Shown here: piece after piece, positions 47,689-57,473 of the stretch
Position numbering within the stretch: position 1 is the first letter of the stretch
How the letters are laid out: each line of letters starts with the position of its first letter
Source of the DNA: a plasmid
Sequence record: NZ_CP085281.1
Reading direction: 5' to 3' (one strand)
DNA length: 64,000 nucleotides
The notes under the pieces: model-generated
Databases searched by the model: none
The model's input: the letters and a program-made list of their open reading frames with translations, nothing else
What the model was told of the DNA's origin: nothing
Position numbers and translations under genes: made by a program

Positions 47689-50277
47689 GTGCCTCCAAAA
47701 CCGACTACGCCGCACGCTTCTGAGATCCTCCAGAACTACTGGGAGGATTCATTGGATCCGGGCGAGCTGATGCGGCGCTCGGTGGAGATGACGACCCTCT
47801 CGGGCAAGCTCGTAGCTGCCGCTGAGGACGGCCAGGTCGCCGCCATACGACTGCTCAACTACGGGCAGGGCGACCTGGCCGACGTCATCTCCGGCGCCTG
47901 GACCAAGTACTTCGTCAACGTAGGCCTCGTAGGCGCTCAGGTCGGCGAGGCCGGTGCATGCCTCGGCGCTTGGGCCACCACGCTTGGCGCCATGCTGGCA
48001 GAAATGGACGCGGTCGTCGGCTGGGCCGAAGCCGCCATCGAAGCCTTCGAAGCTGCACGTGTCGCAGAAGAGATGGCCGGCATCGACGTCGACCAGCTCA
48101 TCGAGCAAGTCAAGAACGAAGCAAAGACCCAAATTCAAGCTATTTCTGGCGCCGCCATGGGCGCACTCGCCGCCGTACCCAGCTGGGCCGGGAGTGTTCC
48201 CGCCTCGATGCCCATGCCGGGGAGCATGCCGGGGGGCGTTGGGAAGCCCGGCAGCGAAGTTACTGCAGGACCCGGTCAGGCACCCGCAACGCCGGCTACT
48301 ACCGGAAGCTCATCCGGAGTGACCACTGGCCCCGGGCAAAGCGGTTCAAGCGCTCAGCCACTTAGTAATTCGTCAGGTGTGACCCAGGGACCGAGTCAGG
48401 CAGGTGGTACTCCTACCACCCAAGGGGCTGCCAACCCCTCCGGCGTCACTAACGGACCCGGGCAAGCTGCGGTCAGCCCGGCCGGATACAACGCCCAGGG
48501 CGGCATGAGTGGTGGCGCGCCATCCACTTCCGGCCCAGCTAGTGGGGCTGGCGGCTCGGGTTCTATGCCGGGATCTTCGACTCCCAGTGGGGCCGCCGCT
48601 GGTGGGCCTGCTGGCAGCACAACAACACCCGCAGGTGCATCTTCGCCGGCTACGCCTTCTTCCGGTGCAAGCGCCGGCGGACCTGGCGTTGGCGCCAGCT
48701 CCGGAACTGGGTCAGGCAGCTCTGCGCCCGGCACGCCTAATAGTGCGTCAGGCGGTGCTGCTCCTGCTTCTTCCACAAGCCCTGCAGCGGAGCCCGTTTC
48801 GCATTCGTCTGCTACGGCGTCGCCCGCGGCTCAAGGGCCGGCGGCCGCGCCGGCCGCAGTCCATGCTGCGGGTTCTGAAGTCGCGGCTCCGGTTGCGGCT
48901 AATGCCGCTGGTCCTGCTGCGGCTGCGCCTGCTGCGGCGTCTGCGCCGTTGTCTGCGGCGCCATTGAGTGCGGCGGCTTCGCCTTTGGCTTCGGCTGCTG
49001 CTGGAGCCGTGCCGGCGCCGCCGCCGGCGCCTGCGCCGCCGCCGGTGTCTCCGTTGTCGCCGATGGCTCCGGGTGGTGCTGTGCCGCCGCCTCCTCCGTC
49101 GGTTGCGGCTCCGCCGCCTCCTGTGGCTGGTGTGCAGGCAGCTGCTACGCCGGGGCCTGCTCCCGCGCCGGCTCCGGCTCCGGGTCATGCGCCGCCGCCT
49201 GGTCCTCCCGCTCCGTCCGCGCACACTTCGGCGCCGTCGTCGACGCCGGTGTCCAACTCGCAGCAGCAGAATCAGGATTCCTCTGCGCCGCCGGCGGCCG
49301 GTCCGTCCGCGGGTGGCGGGTCGGGTCCGATCATTGCGCCTCTTGGTGGTGGAAACGATGCGTTGATCGTGCCCGCTGTGCTGGTGCCTCCGGTGAGTCC
49401 TGTTGTGTCCTTTGGTGATCAGGATTTGGCGACGGTGCGGTCGGTGGTTGAGGCGGCCGGTGGCGCGGCTCATGTGCATTGGGCTGCTGGCATGGTGGTG
49501 ACGAGTGGTCGGCGCCAGGTTGTGCTGACGTCTGACCGTGGCCGCGGTTGGATTCCGGCCGAGGCGTTCGTCCCTGCTGATGTGATGAGCCCGTGGTCGC
49601 ATGAGGACTCGTGGCGGTGGGAGGGGCTGCTTGACCCGGCCCGGGTGATCGTTGAGTTCGCGGCGGCCGCCGGCGGCCAGTTGACTGCGCTGGCGACGAC
49701 GTTCTCCAGTGCACCTGCCGTGGCGGCGGGTGTGCCGTGGGCTTTGGTGGATGGGACTGATCGAGCGCATCCCGAGCTGCTCAGCGGTCCTGTCGTGACC
49801 CGGTTCGAGCTGCAGGTGTCGACCGAGCGGCGCCGCGCGGTGAAAACCATCACAGATTCGGTGAAGCAGCGGGAGCAGGTGCTGTGGCTGGCGTTCAGCG
49901 CTGATGAGAAGGCGGGATCGTCGCCGACGCGGCTGCGGATGCTGACGACGTTCCGTGACCAGCTGAGCCGGATCGACAATGCGCGGTGGGTGGCTGCGTT
50001 GCCGTGGGAGCCGCTGGAGGAAGAGCACCACCAGCTTTGTGTGCAGGAACGTGCGGCGCGGGTTGATGTGCGCGATGTGCCCGTTGGCCAGGTGGACACT
50101 GAGGGCGGGGCGGGGCGTGCACTGTTGGCGCAGGCGTATGCGACTGAGGCCGTGATGGCGCTGCGCAACCCGGTGGCGTTGCGTGCGTTGGCCGACGCTA
50201 CATACTCATGGTCCATGCTGCTGGACAATCAGGCCTCAGAGCCTGCACCGACGGCTCCTGAATTCGCCGGCCGGTAA
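47689..50277 (+). CDS. large Pro/Ala/Ser-rich protein with helical N-domain and globular C-domain (EspK-like architecture)
   Basis: 862 aa: a ~170-aa helical N-terminus, ~400 aa of low-complexity P/A/S/G sequence, then a ~280-aa C-domain. The family assignment is tentative. Confidence 0.4.
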   Translation: MPPKPTTPHASEILQNYWEDSLDPGELMRRSVEMTTLSGKLVAAAEDGQVAAIRLLNYGQGDLADVISGAWTKYFVNVGLVGAQVGEAGACLGAWATTLGAMLAEMDAVVGWAEAAIEAFEAARVAEEMAGIDVDQLIEQVKNEAKTQIQAISGAAMGALAAVPSWAGSVPASMPMPGSMPGGVGKPGSEVTAGPGQAPATPATTGSSSGVTTGPGQSGSSAQPLSNSSGVTQGPSQAGGTPTTQGAANPSGVTNGPGQAAVSPAGYNAQGGMSGGAPSTSGPASGAGGSGSMPGSSTPSGAAAGGPAGSTTTPAGASSPATPSSGASAGGPGVGASSGTGSGSSAPGTPNSASGGAAPASSTSPAAEPVSHSSATASPAAQGPAAAPAAVHAAGSEVAAPVAANAAGPAAAAPAAASAPLSAAPLSAAASPLASAAAGAVPAPPPAPAPPPVSPLSPMAPGGAVPPPPPSVAAPPPPVAGVQAAATPGPAPAPAPAPGHAPPPGPPAPSAHTSAPSSTPVSNSQQQNQDSSAPPAAGPSAGGGSGPIIAPLGGGNDALIVPAVLVPPVSPVVSFGDQDLATVRSVVEAAGGAAHVHWAAGMVVTSGRRQVVLTSDRGRGWIPAEAFVPADVMSPWSHEDSWRWEGLLDPARVIVEFAAAAGGQLTALATTFSSAPAVAAGVPWALVDGTDRAHPELLSGPVVTRFELQVSTERRRAVKTITDSVKQREQVLWLAFSADEKAGSSPTRLRMLTTFRDQLSRIDNARWVAALPWEPLEEEHHQLCVQERAARVDVRDVPVGQVDTEGGAGRALLAQAYATEAVMALRNPVALRALADATYSWSMLLDNQASEPAPTAPEFAGR

Positions 50278-50313
50278 GACCGGGTTCGCACATCGTCGTT
50301 GTGCGGCAGGCCC

Positions 50314-50552
50314 TTACGTTGCTGGGCTACAGGCTTTGATCGCGGCGTTCTTCTCGCTGATGGTGATCGGCAGTTCGTACTTGGCGAGAATGGTCACGTA
50401 CTGGGTAGCGAAGGGGCAACGAGCCGCGGGGTTCGGAGGCATCCACTCATCAAGGCCGTCATCGGATTTCGCGTTGTTGACCGAGGAAGAGATGGCGCGT
50501 AGCTCGATGGGGTCATTGGCGAAGATCTGACGCTTGCGCGAATCCCATTGCT
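50314..50552 (-). pseudogene. DUF1524 (GmrSD C-terminal, HNH-like) gene, 3' fragment
   Basis: WDSRKRQIFANDPIELRAISSSVNNAKSDDGLDEWMPPNPAARCPFATQYVTILAKYEL. Confidence 0.6.
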
Positions 50553-50736
50553 GTCCGTGGCCATGAAAAAGTACCCACTGGTGGCCAAGTGGAGGTATCC
50601 GCTGGTGGCCGGATAAAAGTACCCACCCCGTGTTCGTCGTGTCGATCAGGAACTGCGGGCCCCGGTGGTGACGGTGAAGGTGCCAACCACTCATCGTCAC
50701 CACCGGGGAGTTCCATTGAAGTCTGCGAGGGACCGC

Positions 50737-52224
50737 ATGGACATCATTTCTGCTTATCAACAAGTCGGGTCATACCGCGGCGCCGCGCAGCTGTGCGGCA
50801 CCACCCATAGGACCGTCAAGAAAGTCGTCGAGAAATTCGAAGCCGGTGAGAGCGCACCGCCGCGGGTCGAGCGGGCCCACAATTACGATGCGGTGGCCGA
50901 TCTGGTCGCCGAGCGTGTCGAGAAGTCGGCGGGTCGGATGTCGGCGAAGCGGATGTTGCCGATCGCGAAGGCCGCCGGTTACGACGGGTCGGCACGCAAC
51001 TTCCGTCGCCTCGTTGCTGAGGCGAAGGTGTTGTGGCGCAACGAACATCACCGGGGACGTCGCCCGGCGGTGTGGTCACCGGGTGAGTATCTGGTGATCG
51101 ACTGGGCCCAAGCCGCACCCGGGTTGTTCCTGTTCTGCGCAGTGCTGGCGTTCTCCCGGTGGCGCTTCGTCGCGTTCGCCACCGACCAGAAGGCGTCCAC
51201 GACGTTGGCGTTGATCGCCGAAGCGATGGCCGGGATAGGTGGTGTCCCGGCCCGGGTGCTGGCCGACCGGATGGCCTGTCTGAAGGGCGGCGTGGTCGCC
51301 AACGTGGTGATCCCTACCGCCGAATACGTCCGGCTGGCAGGTCATTACGGTTTCGCGCCGGACTTCTGCCATGCATCCGACCCTAAATCGAAGGGCATCG
51401 TGGAGAACTTGTGCGGCTACGCCCAACGCGACCTCGCCGTCCCGCTGCTCACCGACGCCGCCATCGCCGGGGTGCCGGTTGATCTGCGTGCTGCCAACGT
51501 TGCGGCCAGGGCGTGGTGTCTGGAGGTCAATGCCGCGGTGCATTCGGAGATCTGTGCGGTCCCCGATGAGCAACTGCTGATCGAACGGGAACTCCTGCAA
51601 CCGTTGCCGTCGCTGCAACTTCGAATCGGGGCACCGTCGGTGATCCGCAAGGTCGACCGGCTGTCGTGTGTCCGGTATGCCTCGGCCCGCTACTCGGTGC
51701 CCACCCGACTGATCGGGACCAGCGTGGCCGTCGTCGTCGATCACGGCGCGCTGTGCATCGTGGAGCCCGCGACTGGGGTGATCGTGGCTGAGCACGAACT
51801 GGGTGCCCCAGGCAGCGCATCAGTCCTCGACGATCACTACGACGGTCCCCGCCCGGAACCTAGCCGCGGACCACGACCCAAAACTCATGCTGAGCAACAG
51901 TTCTGCACACTCGGCGAGGATGCTCAAGCATTCCTGGTCGGGGCCGCCGCGATCGGCAACACTCGGCTGGGCTCCGAACTGGAAGTCCTACTGGCGTTGG
52001 GCGCCGCCCACGGCACCGACGCCTTGGTCGGCGCGCTTCGCCGGGCGGTCGCGTTCCGGAGGTTCCGCGCGATCGACGTGCGGTCCATCCTGGCCGCCGG
52101 CGCCGGAACGCCGCAGCCCCGCCCCGCCGGGGATGCGTTGATCCTGGACCTCCCAGTCGCCCCGACCCGATCCCTGGCTGCCTACACGGTCAACCCGGCC
52201 GCAGACGGTGGTGCCACGTCATGA
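50737..52224 (+). CDS. istA: IS21 transposase IstA
   Basis: N-terminal HTH then DDE integrase core. Stop overlaps the istB start. Confidence 0.85.
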   Translation: MDIISAYQQVGSYRGAAQLCGTTHRTVKKVVEKFEAGESAPPRVERAHNYDAVADLVAERVEKSAGRMSAKRMLPIAKAAGYDGSARNFRRLVAEAKVLWRNEHHRGRRPAVWSPGEYLVIDWAQAAPGLFLFCAVLAFSRWRFVAFATDQKASTTLALIAEAMAGIGGVPARVLADRMACLKGGVVANVVIPTAEYVRLAGHYGFAPDFCHASDPKSKGIVENLCGYAQRDLAVPLLTDAAIAGVPVDLRAANVAARAWCLEVNAAVHSEICAVPDEQLLIERELLQPLPSLQLRIGAPSVIRKVDRLSCVRYASARYSVPTRLIGTSVAVVVDHGALCIVEPATGVIVAEHELGAPGSASVLDDHYDGPRPEPSRGPRPKTHAEQQFCTLGEDAQAFLVGAAAIGNTRLGSELEVLLALGAAHGTDALVGALRRAVAFRRFRAIDVRSILAAGAGTPQPRPAGDALILDLPVAPTRSLAAYTVNPAADGGATS

Positions 52225-53030
52225 ACGGCACGCCAGCCAAGGCAACCAAACCCGTTGCACCACTGTCCACTCCGCAATTCGCCGCTGATCTCGACGCCGG
52301 GCTGCGGCGGCTCAAGCTCGCCGCGATCCGGCGCACCGCCCCCGAAGTCCTAATCACCGCCAAGACCCAGCGCTGGACCCCCGAAGAAGTGCTACGGACC
52401 CTCGTCGAGACCGAACTGGCGGCACGGGATGCCTCCAACGTCGTCAACCGGCTCAAGGCTGCCGGGTTCCCGGTCACCAAGACCTTGGAGTCCTTCGACG
52501 TGGCCGCATCGTCGATTCAGCCCAAGGTGTTCGACTACCTGTCGAGCCTGGAATGGGTTCGCACACAACAGAATCTGGCGATCATCGGACCGGCTGGGAC
52601 CGGCAAGTCCCACACCCTGATCGGACTGGGGGTCGCTGCGATTCATGCTGGGCACAAGGTCCGGTACTTCACCGCCGCCGACCTCGTCGAAACCCTCTAC
52701 CGCGGCTTGGCCGACAACACCGTCGGCAAGATCATCGAATCCCTGCTCCGTGTCGATCTGATCATCCTCGACGAACTGGGCTTCGCCCCACTCGACGACA
52801 CCGGCACCCAGCTGCTGTTCCGCCTCGTCGCCGGCGCCTACGAACGCCGCTCCCTGGCCATCGGCTCGCACTGGCCCTTCCAAGAGTGGGGTCGATTCCT
52901 GCCCGAGCAGACCACCGCCGTCAGCATCTTGGACCGGCTCCTGCATCACGCCACCGTCGTCATCACCGACGGCCAGTCCTACCGAATGAAGGACGCCCAA
53001 CACCGGAAGGAGAACCCCCAACCAATCTAA
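52221..53030 (+). CDS. istB: IS21 helper ATPase IstB
   Basis: GPAGTGKSHTLIGLG Walker A and DELGF Walker B. Confidence 0.85.
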   Translation: MNGTPAKATKPVAPLSTPQFAADLDAGLRRLKLAAIRRTAPEVLITAKTQRWTPEEVLRTLVETELAARDASNVVNRLKAAGFPVTKTLESFDVAASSIQPKVFDYLSSLEWVRTQQNLAIIGPAGTGKSHTLIGLGVAAIHAGHKVRYFTAADLVETLYRGLADNTVGKIIESLLRVDLIILDELGFAPLDDTGTQLLFRLVAGAYERRSLAIGSHWPFQEWGRFLPEQTTAVSILDRLLHHATVVITDGQSYRMKDAQHRKENPQPI

Positions 53031-53096
53031 GAATCACTGCACGGGGTGGGTACTTTTATCCGGCCACCAGCGGGTACTTCTACTTGGCCATTGACA

Positions 53097-53562
53097 ATTG
53101 CCATGCACCGGCATTCCAGACGTGATGGAGGGCAACGGTGTGGTCGATTTGCACGTCGGCCAGGTCGACTCGTTCACCGCTGTAGGGATCGTTGAGCCAG
53201 CCCGCGATGACTTTGCAGTTGTGGGTGCCGTCCTTGTAGGTAACGTCGTTGAGATCCCTGGCCAAAATTCTCGAGCGTGTGTCGCAACCCGATCTGTCGC
53301 TGGGGTCGTTCCACGCGGGCCCGAACACACAGCCCTGACCCTTCTTGCAGCTGCGCTCGTAGCCGGGTACCGAGTCGATGTGGTCGACGACCTTGACTTG
53401 ATCGAGCAGGGAGGTCAAGTCGGCCGAGGTGGCCGCGGGCGCGGCGATCGCCACCGTGTCCCCGCGGTATCCGAAGTCGACGAGTGTGGGATGCAGCCAG
53501 GCAGCGATCGCGACGGCGGCGGCGCCGGCGATCGCGATGGCGCGGACTCGTCTAACGCTCAT
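53097..53562 (-). pseudogene. DUF1524 (HNH-like) gene, 5' fragment with signal peptide
   Basis: VQIDHTVALHHVWNAGAWQ His-Me finger region. The frame runs into the IS21 end. Confidence 0.65.
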
Positions 53563-53734
53563 GTTCGGTTGCCTCCCCGGGACATTTGTTGTGCTTGCTC
53601 AGCCTATGCGAGCGCAGAGACAAATCCGGCTGCGGCGAGAAGCGAATTCCGCTGTACCGCAGACACTCCCGTCATCTGAGCCCGCGACCAGCGGAGACGG
53701 CATGTCCCCCCGCGTGGCGATCTCTGGCTGGGCG

Positions 53735-54586
53735 CTACGAGGACTCGATCGCCGCTGCGCCGGCCTGCAGGATCTTGCGGATCGTCTCGTGGTGAAGACC
53801 GGTGCTCGACGCGATCGCACGCTGGGATTGCCCACCATCGTGTGTGGCTTCCAGAACGTCGGCGATCTGCTCGACCGGTCGTTCGACGATCGCTTTCTGC
53901 GTCGACTGCTCCTGGATGTCCCGCGCAAGGGTGACCCAGTACCGGCGGCGATCGGCCGCTCGCTGCGCCTGCTGGTTTTCCTGTTGCACCCGTACGGCTT
54001 TCACCGTCATCGGGCGCACACGGGACAAGATCGCGGCGCCATGGGCGGTCGCCAGGAGCGAGACCGGAGGCACGACGCCGATCGCCGCTTTCAACCACGG
54101 GCCCAGCTCGGTGCCGGGTTCGGTGATGGCGTGCAAGGCGTTTGATCCGATACTGGCCAAGGCGGCCAGGGCGAGCACCCACCAGAAGAATCGGCGATTG
54201 GCACGCTGCTGGGCACCGTAGGCGCCCAGGGCCAGGACCGCCATCGTGGCCGAGAGGATGGTTCCGTCGACGATGATCGGCCACAGCGGGGCGAGGTTGT
54301 GTGGGTAGCCGGCACGGATGGCGAGGTCGGTCAGCGAGGCGAAGCTCAGGATGAATGAGGCGACGCCGATGACGGCGGTGATGGACACCGCGGCGAAGCG
54401 GGTGGCCCGCAGCATCTTGGCCGAGCCGGGCGCGGCGAGTACTTCCTCACCGCCGGCCAGCACCAGGTCGTCGTCGTCGACCGCCACGGCGGTCAGTGGG
54501 GTGATCGGTGCGGTCGACGCTGATGTCGGAGAGTTCCCGTTGCGGGTGGGCTGAAGGTCAAGTAGGGCGTCGTCGACGACAGTCAT
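53735..54586 (-). CDS. DUF2637-like membrane protein with C-terminal HTH
   Basis: Four TM helices then QRAIASSTGLHHETIRKIL HTH. This architecture is common in actinomycete conjugative elements. Confidence 0.45.
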   Translation of the reverse strand: MTVVDDALLDLQPTRNGNSPTSASTAPITPLTAVAVDDDDLVLAGGEEVLAAPGSAKMLRATRFAAVSITAVIGVASFILSFASLTDLAIRAGYPHNLAPLWPIIVDGTILSATMAVLALGAYGAQQRANRRFFWWVLALAALASIGSNALHAITEPGTELGPWLKAAIGVVPPVSLLATAHGAAILSRVRPMTVKAVRVQQENQQAQRAADRRRYWVTLARDIQEQSTQKAIVERPVEQIADVLEATHDGGQSQRAIASSTGLHHETIRKILQAGAAAIESS

Positions 54587-54750
54587 GGCGTCCTCAGGCT
54601 CGGCGGTGGAATCGAGTGTTCACAGACAGTGATGAACCGAATTAGCGTGGCGCACATCGCCACTGGTGCATCTGCTGTCGCAAATCGTAACACCGCTGCA
54701 TCGTTGTTCCGGGTGCCGCGACCTGCGAGATGGCATGGCCCCGGACGGCG

Positions 54751-55767
54751 TCAGTGGCCGGCGGTCTGGGTGCCTGAGGTGCCGAAGGGCGGTTCTTCGG
54801 ATTCGATTTCGGGGATGGCGCCGAAGGTCTGCTCGACACCCACTGGGGCGTCGTAGAGCTTGTCCTCGGGGAAGATGGCCGGGTCCCGCTTGGTGGTCTC
54901 GCCTTCGCCGTCCTTGTGCCCTCGGGCGCCGTGCATCGGCATCATCGGCATCATCGGCATCCGATTGCCTGCGGCGGCCGCCGGCGAGCCGGCGCCGGGG
55001 CCCTGCAGCGGGCTGGCTTGCAGGGCGCTGGAGCCGTTCATCGGCGTCACCGGGGTCTCCAGGCCGGCGGGCATGGTCGTGCCCGGGTCGATGCCTCCCC
55101 CGCCACCGCCGCCGAAGCCTCCGCCACCACCGCCGAGGCCGTCGAGGCCGAGGTCTGGCTTGGCGACCTCGGATGCGGCCTTGGTTGCGGATTCGACCGC
55201 CTTGCTGGCGAGCTGGCCGACCTGCTCGCCGGCCTTGCTGACGGCCTCGCTGAGCTTGCTGCCGATTTGGGACAACTGCTGGGAAAGCTGTTGGGCGATC
55301 TGCGATCCCGTTTGCATGCCCATCTGGAGTAGCTGCTGCATCTCCTGCTGGGTTTTGTCGCCACCCAGCATGTCTTGGGCCTTCTCCTTGGCTTCCTTAT
55401 CGATCGAGTCGGGATCGAGCTGGCCAGCAGTGTCGGATCCAGCCAACCCAGCGCCCGGGGTGGAACCGTCCTTGAAGCCCGCGGCGTTCTGGGCGTCCTG
55501 GTTCTCAATGCTCGACATGCCCTGCTGCACCGCGTTGGTGAGATCGGTGGCGCCGTTGGTGAGCGCGGGGCCCGCGGGCGAGAGACCGGTTTGCAGCTGG
55601 CCCGTGAACATGGAGATCTGATTGCCCACCGGGCTGGACGCTCCGGGCGGGGACAGCGCCGACTGCACGCCGCTGGACAGGTCCGATGCTGCTTGATGGC
55701 CCTGGTCTCCCAGACCGTCCGACCCACCCCGGAACTCCGGGATGTTGAAGGTCATCGGTTGGCTCAT
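54751..55767 (-). CDS. Gln/Gly/Ser-rich protein with EspB-like C-terminal features
   Basis: Poly-Gly block GGGGGGFGGGGGGG, then MPMMPMMPMHGARG and a charged tail (DPAIFPEDKLYD). These resemble the EspB C-terminus. The N-domain is not PE/PPE-like. Confidence 0.4.
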   Translation of the reverse strand: MSQPMTFNIPEFRGGSDGLGDQGHQAASDLSSGVQSALSPPGASSPVGNQISMFTGQLQTGLSPAGPALTNGATDLTNAVQQGMSSIENQDAQNAAGFKDGSTPGAGLAGSDTAGQLDPDSIDKEAKEKAQDMLGGDKTQQEMQQLLQMGMQTGSQIAQQLSQQLSQIGSKLSEAVSKAGEQVGQLASKAVESATKAASEVAKPDLGLDGLGGGGGGFGGGGGGGIDPGTTMPAGLETPVTPMNGSSALQASPLQGPGAGSPAAAAGNRMPMMPMMPMHGARGHKDGEGETTKRDPAIFPEDKLYDAPVGVEQTFGAIPEIESEEPPFGTSGTQTAGH

Positions 55768-55892
55768 GAAGGCCAGTTTATCTGCGCCGACACGCTCCAG
55801 AGGTGCTGCGGAGTCCCGGATCTATTCGCCCGCCGGCGGATCCTTCTGCGATCGCACAACGGGGACGTGGCATTTGCCCTGGTGGTGGGCGG

Positions 55893-56147
55893 TCAGGCTC
55901 GCACGCCTGAGCCGACCATGGGCCGTCCGAGCAGCGCCAGCAGCGTCCAGCGCGCGTCGACGTCGGTGGGGTCGTCGTGCAGCTCGTCGCAGGCGATTCG
56001 GATCCTGCGGGCGATGTCGCGCTCGTCCGCCGGCGGCGTGGAGCGCAGGAGCACGTCGCGGGCGTTGGCTTGAGCCACCGGATCTAGAGGTGCGCAGTAG
56101 AGGTCGTCGCAGGCCAGCTGAATGTGCTGGGCGAGTGCATCCGCCAT
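55893..56147 (-). CDS. small acidic protein with two IACD(D/E)L repeats, a paralog of 29736-30035
   Basis: HIQLACDDLYCAPLDPVAQANARDVLL and RIRIACDELHDDPTDVDARWTLLALL. Confidence 0.3.
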   Translation of the reverse strand: MADALAQHIQLACDDLYCAPLDPVAQANARDVLLRSTPPADERDIARRIRIACDELHDDPTDVDARWTLLALLGRPMVGSGVRA

Positions 56148-56289
56148 CCCGGCTCCTTCAAGTCAATAACAAGTCGCATTGTCAGCGCTTATCAACTTCT
56201 CTTGTCACTATAGCGACGGCGAACTGGTATTCAAGACCCGTTGTGCACGAATACTCAGCCGAGTTGAACTGACGCGTTAATCTGCCTGC

Positions 56290-56691
56290 GTGGCATTCGA
56301 CGACCTCAGCGCCGAGGACCTGGCGGCCGCCAGCAGCCGCGTTGCCGAGGACGCCTTGCACTCAGCCAGACTGCTGGCCGCCGAGTACCTCGTTGCGGGC
56401 CCCGGATCGAGCGTCGGTGACGCAGCCACTGCCGTGCGCGTCCTTCTCACCCAGGACCCCGGCGACACCCGCTACGAACTCCTTCAGGCGTTCGAGAAGC
56501 CCTGGGCGGCGCTGACCATCCGCATCTTGGCACCAGTCGCCGACCCCACCCCGGCTATGCAAGATGCCCGCGATCGAGGTGTCACCGCGGGCAAGATCGC
56601 CGAAGCGCTGGGCGTCAGTCAGCAGGCCCTTTATCAGAATCCGCGGTACGCCGACATCGTGCGCCGGCCGCGAAGAAACTCTGAAACTTAG
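56290..56691 (+). CDS. putative HTH regulator
   Basis: C-terminal GVTAGKIAEALGVSQQALYQNP helix-turn-helix. Confidence 0.4.
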   Translation: MAFDDLSAEDLAAASSRVAEDALHSARLLAAEYLVAGPGSSVGDAATAVRVLLTQDPGDTRYELLQAFEKPWAALTIRILAPVADPTPAMQDARDRGVTAGKIAEALGVSQQALYQNPRYADIVRRPRRNSET

Positions 56692-57059
56692 TTCCCGCGA
56701 CTGGTTCCGCCCCGGCCGGCAGCTCTACTGCCGTGCGCCACCCCGCGTCGACGGGTGCATCGTGCGCGGGGACAGTGATGGTGCGCTCGCCGGCGAGGGT
56801 GCGGGAGATTCGGGTCGCTTCGGGGACGCGGTGGTGCGGAACGAGGTCGTGGCGGACGATGATCAGTCCGCGTTCTTCCAGGGAGCTGAAGGTGCGGCCC
56901 TGTTGGTTGTATGCGGCGTGTCCGTCGATCGGAAGAAACGTAGCGCGGCGGACCCCGGGTTTTAACCCTGGGGGTGAGCGCGTCGATGGTGTTCCTGTGG
57001 TGACTTGGGTCGGGTCCGGTGCGGCGCGTTGATCACATTAGACAGGTGCAGGAAGTCTA

Positions 57060-57470
57060 ATGTTGTCGGTTGTGGGTGTTACGTTGCGGACGAACGCGAA
57101 CATCGCTTTCCAGTGTGCGTATCACGTGGTGTGGTGCCCGAAGTACCGGCGCAGTGTGATCGGTGGCCGCATGGAGGCGCGGCTCAAAGAGATCATCGCC
57201 GAGGTGATCGCAGAGAAGGGGGCATGGATGATCGAACTCGAAACCATGCCCGACCATGTGCACCTGCTGGTGGAGGTGGATCCGCAGTACGGGGTGCACA
57301 AGCTGGTCAAGGCCATCAAGGGCCGCTCGTCACGTCTGCTGCGTGAGGAATTTCCGTGGTTGAAGTCGCGATTGCCGTCGCTGTGGACGAACTCGTATTT
57401 CGTCGCCACCATCGGGGGAGCCCCGTTGTCGGTGATCAAACGGTACGTCGAGACGCAAAAGGACCGTTGA
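57060..57470 (+). CDS. tnpA: IS200/IS605 transposase TnpA (HUH Y1)
   Basis: HVHLLV HUH motif and SYFVAT catalytic Tyr. Confidence 0.85.
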   Translation: MLSVVGVTLRTNANIAFQCAYHVVWCPKYRRSVIGGRMEARLKEIIAEVIAEKGAWMIELETMPDHVHLLVEVDPQYGVHKLVKAIKGRSSRLLREEFPWLKSRLPSLWTNSYFVATIGGAPLSVIKRYVETQKDR

Positions 57471-57473
57471 TTC

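Larger units (their letters stand above)
50553..53096. mobile_element. IS21-family insertion sequence (2544 bp) with multi-repeat terminal IRs and a 5-bp ATTGC target duplication
   Basis: Ends TGTCCGTGGCC... and ...GGCCATTGACA. Internal GTACCC(A/G)CTGGTGGCC repeats occur at both termini. ATTGC flanks both sides. Confidence 0.8.

Noticed and set aside
48748-50031. 427-aa minus-strand ORF and the 48968-49366 plus ORF inside the Pro/Ala-rich gene
   Set aside because: Poly-Arg products from repetitive GC-rich codons. Artefacts of low-complexity sequence.
56564-56965. 133-aa plus-strand ORF
   Set aside because: Overlaps the end of a better HTH gene and is antisense to a coherent remnant reading frame. 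Composition is non-coding-like.
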